A stretch of 36,143 bases of DNA, taken from Chrysochromulina tobinii. Lineage: Eukaryota. The notes under the pieces are model-generated. The model saw nothing but the letters and a program-made list of their open reading frames with translations. It was not told the origin of the DNA and ran no database searches. The position numbers and the translations under genes are program-made. Of the stretch, positions 32,901 through 36,143 are shown piece after piece. Each line of letters opens with the position of its first letter. Position 1 is the stretch's first letter. The stretch spans positions 1 to 36,143 of the forward strand of contig JWZX01001982.1 in the NCBI GenBank assembly GCA_001275005.1. Direction: 5' to 3'.

Positions 32901-34055
32901 GTGCGTTTCGAGGATGATTTGCCCGGCAACACCGAGCAGTGGACAAATCTCAAGGGTGCGGAGTGGGAGATGCGGAAATTTCGAGTGCAGGAGAAGCTCA
33001 ACTCGCTCAACAACATCCCCAACCCCGGCACAGTGCTCGACAGACCCAGTGCTCTGGATGACATCATGGCGGAGCTCGATGCACGTGGTCTACCGGCATT
33101 GGCTGAGCCAGTGCCGGATGGCCAAGTGCAGGAGAACGGCTTCGCCCTCCGGGCTCTTCTGCCGGAGACCGATGCACCCATGCTACAATCGCTCGAGGCG
33201 CTGCTCAAGACAGAGCCTTCAGAAGAGCTCGGCACGGGCAGGGACGTGTCAAAAAAGTACGGCCCGTACGACTCGCTCAAGCTCGCGTGTGCGTGGAAGG
33301 TCGACCATCCAAGCAACCTGGACAAGTACACGACCGGCGTGAGGCGCGTGCAGGAAGAGCTCAAGCGGCTCCAGAATAGGGGCAAGAATGTCTCCAATGT
33401 GCCCGTGAAGACGGATCGTGTGCGCGGCTTCACCCTCTCGGAGGCTTGCAATGAGGTCATCCTCCTGCATGGCACCAACCCAGATCGGCTGCTAGACCTG
33501 CTGTCCACGGGCCTGAACGAGCACTTCTCAGGCACCGGCGCGGGCACCGCCTTCGGCGACGGCGTCTACCTCGCGGAGGATGCTGGCAAGACGGATCAAT
33601 ACGTCGGCCCCGACAGCGCGTACGACCCGAGCAGTGAGCTGCACAAGTGGCTGTACAGCGAAACCGTGCGCCACCCGGAGGACGTCTTCTACGTTCTCGT
33701 GGTGCGCGCGGCCCTCGGCTTCCCCGTGCGCACGCAGCGTACGCTGGACAATTCGAAAAAGGCAAAGACACATGACCTTCGAGCCGGACGGGTCAAATCG
33801 ATGGACGATGGTGCGCCCATCTTCCCCATCAACTGCCGTGAGCTCTCGGCAGTGCCGGGCGTCATGCCAACAATCCGTCACCATTCGCTGATTGCCGAGC
33901 TGGGCCAGGATCTCGTGCGCTACCGCGAGTTTGTTCTCTTCAACGACAACTACGTGCACATCGACTACGTCATCGCATACCACCGCTACAATGGCGACCA
34001 GAAGCTGCGTATGACCGACTCAATGACCGACTCAATGACCGACAGTCCCGTATGA
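29995..34055 (+). CDS. Ankyrin-repeat / TM / Pro-rich / TM / TIR / PARP-like ADP-ribosyltransferase protein, copy B (5 exons, about 983 aa)
   Basis: Predicted exons 29995-30105, 30384-30482, 30576-30778, 31246-31383 and 31655-34055 (GT-AG, phases 0,0,2,2). Ankyrins STALISAANHGHEGCARLLL, SALHGAAYHGHLAIAKRLLERGADP. TM AVAVAVLFFFFFCLLLMLLIWLPACVMWLYGYV. TIR IVLSYAS...LAEFLHDRGLRCF...VPPGVDW...KVLIVLLTAALYQSEPCLKEIDTA...IPILPVRFE. PARP LLHGT...FGDGVYLAE...YREFVLF. Confidence 0.78.
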
Positions 34056-34129
34056 GGCTAACAATCAGGCAGAGCAAGTTCTGGGCGCCGGCCCAGATTA
34101 CGCGTGCTGGAGAGGGAGTCTGAGAGAGG

Positions 34130-34295
34130 GAGCCGGGAGCCGGGCATGCGGTCCATGGAGCCAGGGGGGGCGTCTCGGTCGGGAGAGCCGCGGGAGCCGG
34201 GCATGCGGTCCATGTGGAGCCGGGGGGGGGGGTCTCGGTCGGGAGAGCCGGGAGCCGGGCATGCAGTCCACCAGGAGCCGGGGGGGCGTCTCGCG
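34130..34295 (+). repeat. About 60-nt tandem repeat (3 units) downstream of copy B
   Basis: GGGAGCCGGGCATGCRGTCCA..GGAGCCRGGGGGG.GTCTC occurs three times; copy A has a single unit (about 9388-9447). Confidence 0.85.
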
Positions 34296-34655
34296 CGGTC
34301 GTCGCGTGTGAGTGAATCGAATTTATCCGAACCGAGCCGAGCCGGCCCTGATGCTGTTCCCTGTTCGTGTTACACTAAGCGAAGTGACCAAAACGATAAC
34401 GGTGTGACCGGGTACCCGCGCATCCCGGATCCCCCGCTCCGCTTCCCGCGGGTGCGCGGGGACCTGACCGTCTGGGCACGTCGTGTGAAACCGTGTGATA
34501 TCGTATACGAGCGAAACACGTATCTATACGATAATCTAAGTTCACCACGAGATGGTCCCCGCGTCCAATGGGGCAATGCGCAGGGCGGGCGGGTAGAAAG
34601 TCGAGTGCACTGGTCCCACCAACTAAGGCTGGGTTGTAGTCTCCTAGTCTCTGAG

Positions 34656-35963
34656 CTACGTGGCACGGGAGGCGGGCCCTCGGCCGGCCTTTCGAATGAA
34701 CTCATCCAACCAGTGCACCAACTGAGGCCCCGCCTTCATCCACGTGTCATTGTGCGTGCCCTCGGCCACCTTGTGCATCTCGACGGCGGGCGAGGCGACG
34801 GCGGCTAACTCGAGGAGACGCATTTGGGCAGGCGGGACTATCTCGTCCTTCATGCCTGCGATGAACAGGAGCGGCACCGTCACGTGCGCGATGTGCTCGA
34901 TGCTGCGCCATTGCAGCCGGAGCATGTGCCGGCGCACAAGAGCCCAATCGAGCCACGCGAACTTGGCCCCTCTGTGCCGCGCCAGCACACGCGCGAATCG
35001 AGGCAAGGCAAGTCAAGGCAAGTCAAGGCAAGGCAAGGCAAGGCAAGGCAAGGCACACGCGCGAATCGAGCGGGCGGCACGGTGGAGTCGGTCTGCAGGC
35101 ATTGCTCGGCACACGATGTGAGAGTGCATGCGCGGATTCAGCCTCGCTCTTGGCAGAGGCGGAGGTAGCCCGCAGTGTGCATCGGTGTCCATCAGTCTCA
35201 ATCCATGCCGATCAGTGCCAAAAGTCAGTGGCCCTTCTTACAGCATAGCCTCGATGGAGGTGAAAGTGTTCATCAACACAACCCCAAGTGGGAGAGGGAG
35301 AGTCGCATCTTGGGACTTGGACTTGCAGAGATCGCGAGCGAGCTGGATGGTGACGGCGCCGCCGAGCGAGGAGCCGAAGAGCACAATGCGAGTCGCGTCC
35401 ACGCGAGACTCGCCCACGAGCCATCGCCAAGCTGCATGCGCATCGCGCATCAATCCAGTTTCGTCGATCTGGACCTGATCCGAATTGCCATAGCCACGGT
35501 AGTCGTAGCACAGGACGTTGGCCCGTAGGTGGTGGCGCAGCACCTCGATGAGAGGGAGACGCAGCGACATCGGGCCTGCATTCTCGTGGGAGAAGAGAAT
35601 GGTTGGCGCCAACTCTCGGTTTGCCGCGGGGATGAACCATGCGTGGCATTTGACACCGTCAGAGCATTCGAGCTGGACGTCTTCGAACTCTAGGCCTCGC
35701 TCGGTTGGGGATTTGAAGCCCTCGGGGCAGTCCTGCGGGCGCTTCATCGTGCCGCCAAAGGCGGGGTTGGATGGGTTTGGCAGCGCTGGCACGTAGAGGA
35801 TCGACTCTTGCCAATGCCAAATCGAACCGAGGAGCAGTCCTCCAGCGACGATGACGTAGATCGTGACCCGCCCGTACCATGGCAACCCAACATCGAAGAG
35901 GAAGCTGGACAAGCGGTGGAAGAGAGCGTTTCCGATGAACGCGAGCGCGATCCTCCAGTACAT
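34656..35963 (-). CDS. ABHD13/Bem46-like alpha/beta hydrolase, 2 exons (about 345 aa)
   Basis: Exons 35963-35242 and 34971-34656 (intron 35241-34972). N-terminal TM, WQESILYVP, FSHENAG, YDYRGYGNS, nucleophile GSSLGG, NTFTSI, PLLFIAGMKDEIVPP, GTHNDTW. Confidence 0.9.
35001..35055. repeat. (AAGGC/AAGTC)n pentanucleotide microsatellite in the ABHD13-like intron, flanked by a duplicated GCACACGCGCGAATCGAG
   Basis: Read directly. Similar short pentamer runs occur at about 66-86 (AACTG) and 1260-1280 (ACTTG). Confidence 0.9.
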
Positions 35964-36143
35964 GCGGCTCGCCGCGCCGATGCACGGCGGGTGCTCGTGT
36001 GGCGACAAGAGAGGGCCGGCTGTGGGAACATGCCTTTCAGGGCCGGCCGCGCGTTAACCCCACCGTGAAGAGGGGAAAACATGGGAAAAGAAGAGAACCC
36101 ACTTGTTACGAAGACACCCGGCCCGTCGCCGGGGCGGATACAG

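Larger units (their letters stand above)
29541..34373 (+). repeat. Dispersed duplication, copy B (paralogous to 6023-9522), with a replaced and longer central segment
   Basis: Same upstream region, exon structure and PARP exon as copy A. About 32134-33122 has no counterpart in A. Confidence 0.95.

Noticed and set aside
34130..34295. Tandem repeats as a CRISPR array (also the intron satellites)
   Set aside because: No unique spacers, no cas genes, and a eukaryotic context.

Overview
GC-rich, gene-dense eukaryotic DNA with GT-AG introns. The gene content and satellite-filled introns suggest a haptophyte alga; this is an inference. Ordinary genes: a PH-domain protein, CCDC22, an F-box/LRR protein, an IQ/coiled-coil/ARM protein, a CRAL-TRIO protein, an ABHD13/Bem46-like hydrolase, an 8-exon Tudor-DNMT5-SNF2 methyltransferase with one apparent frameshift, and a peptidase-S51-like/TPR/LRR fusion. 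The main result is a dispersed duplication (about 6023-9522 and 29541-34373). Manual splicing joins the separate ankyrin and PARP ORFs of each copy into one 5-exon gene: ankyrin repeats, TM, Pro-rich stalk, TM, PARP-like ADP-ribosyltransferase. Copy B also carries a TIR domain with its Glu intact, swapped in with a different TM segment. The ankyrin surface residues differ strongly between copies while the PARP domains are near-identical, which fits a diversifying, membrane-anchored, NAD+-consuming immune-receptor family. Several introns are flanked by direct repeats or filled with about 10-nt satellites. All domain calls come from motifs read by eye; no database search was run.
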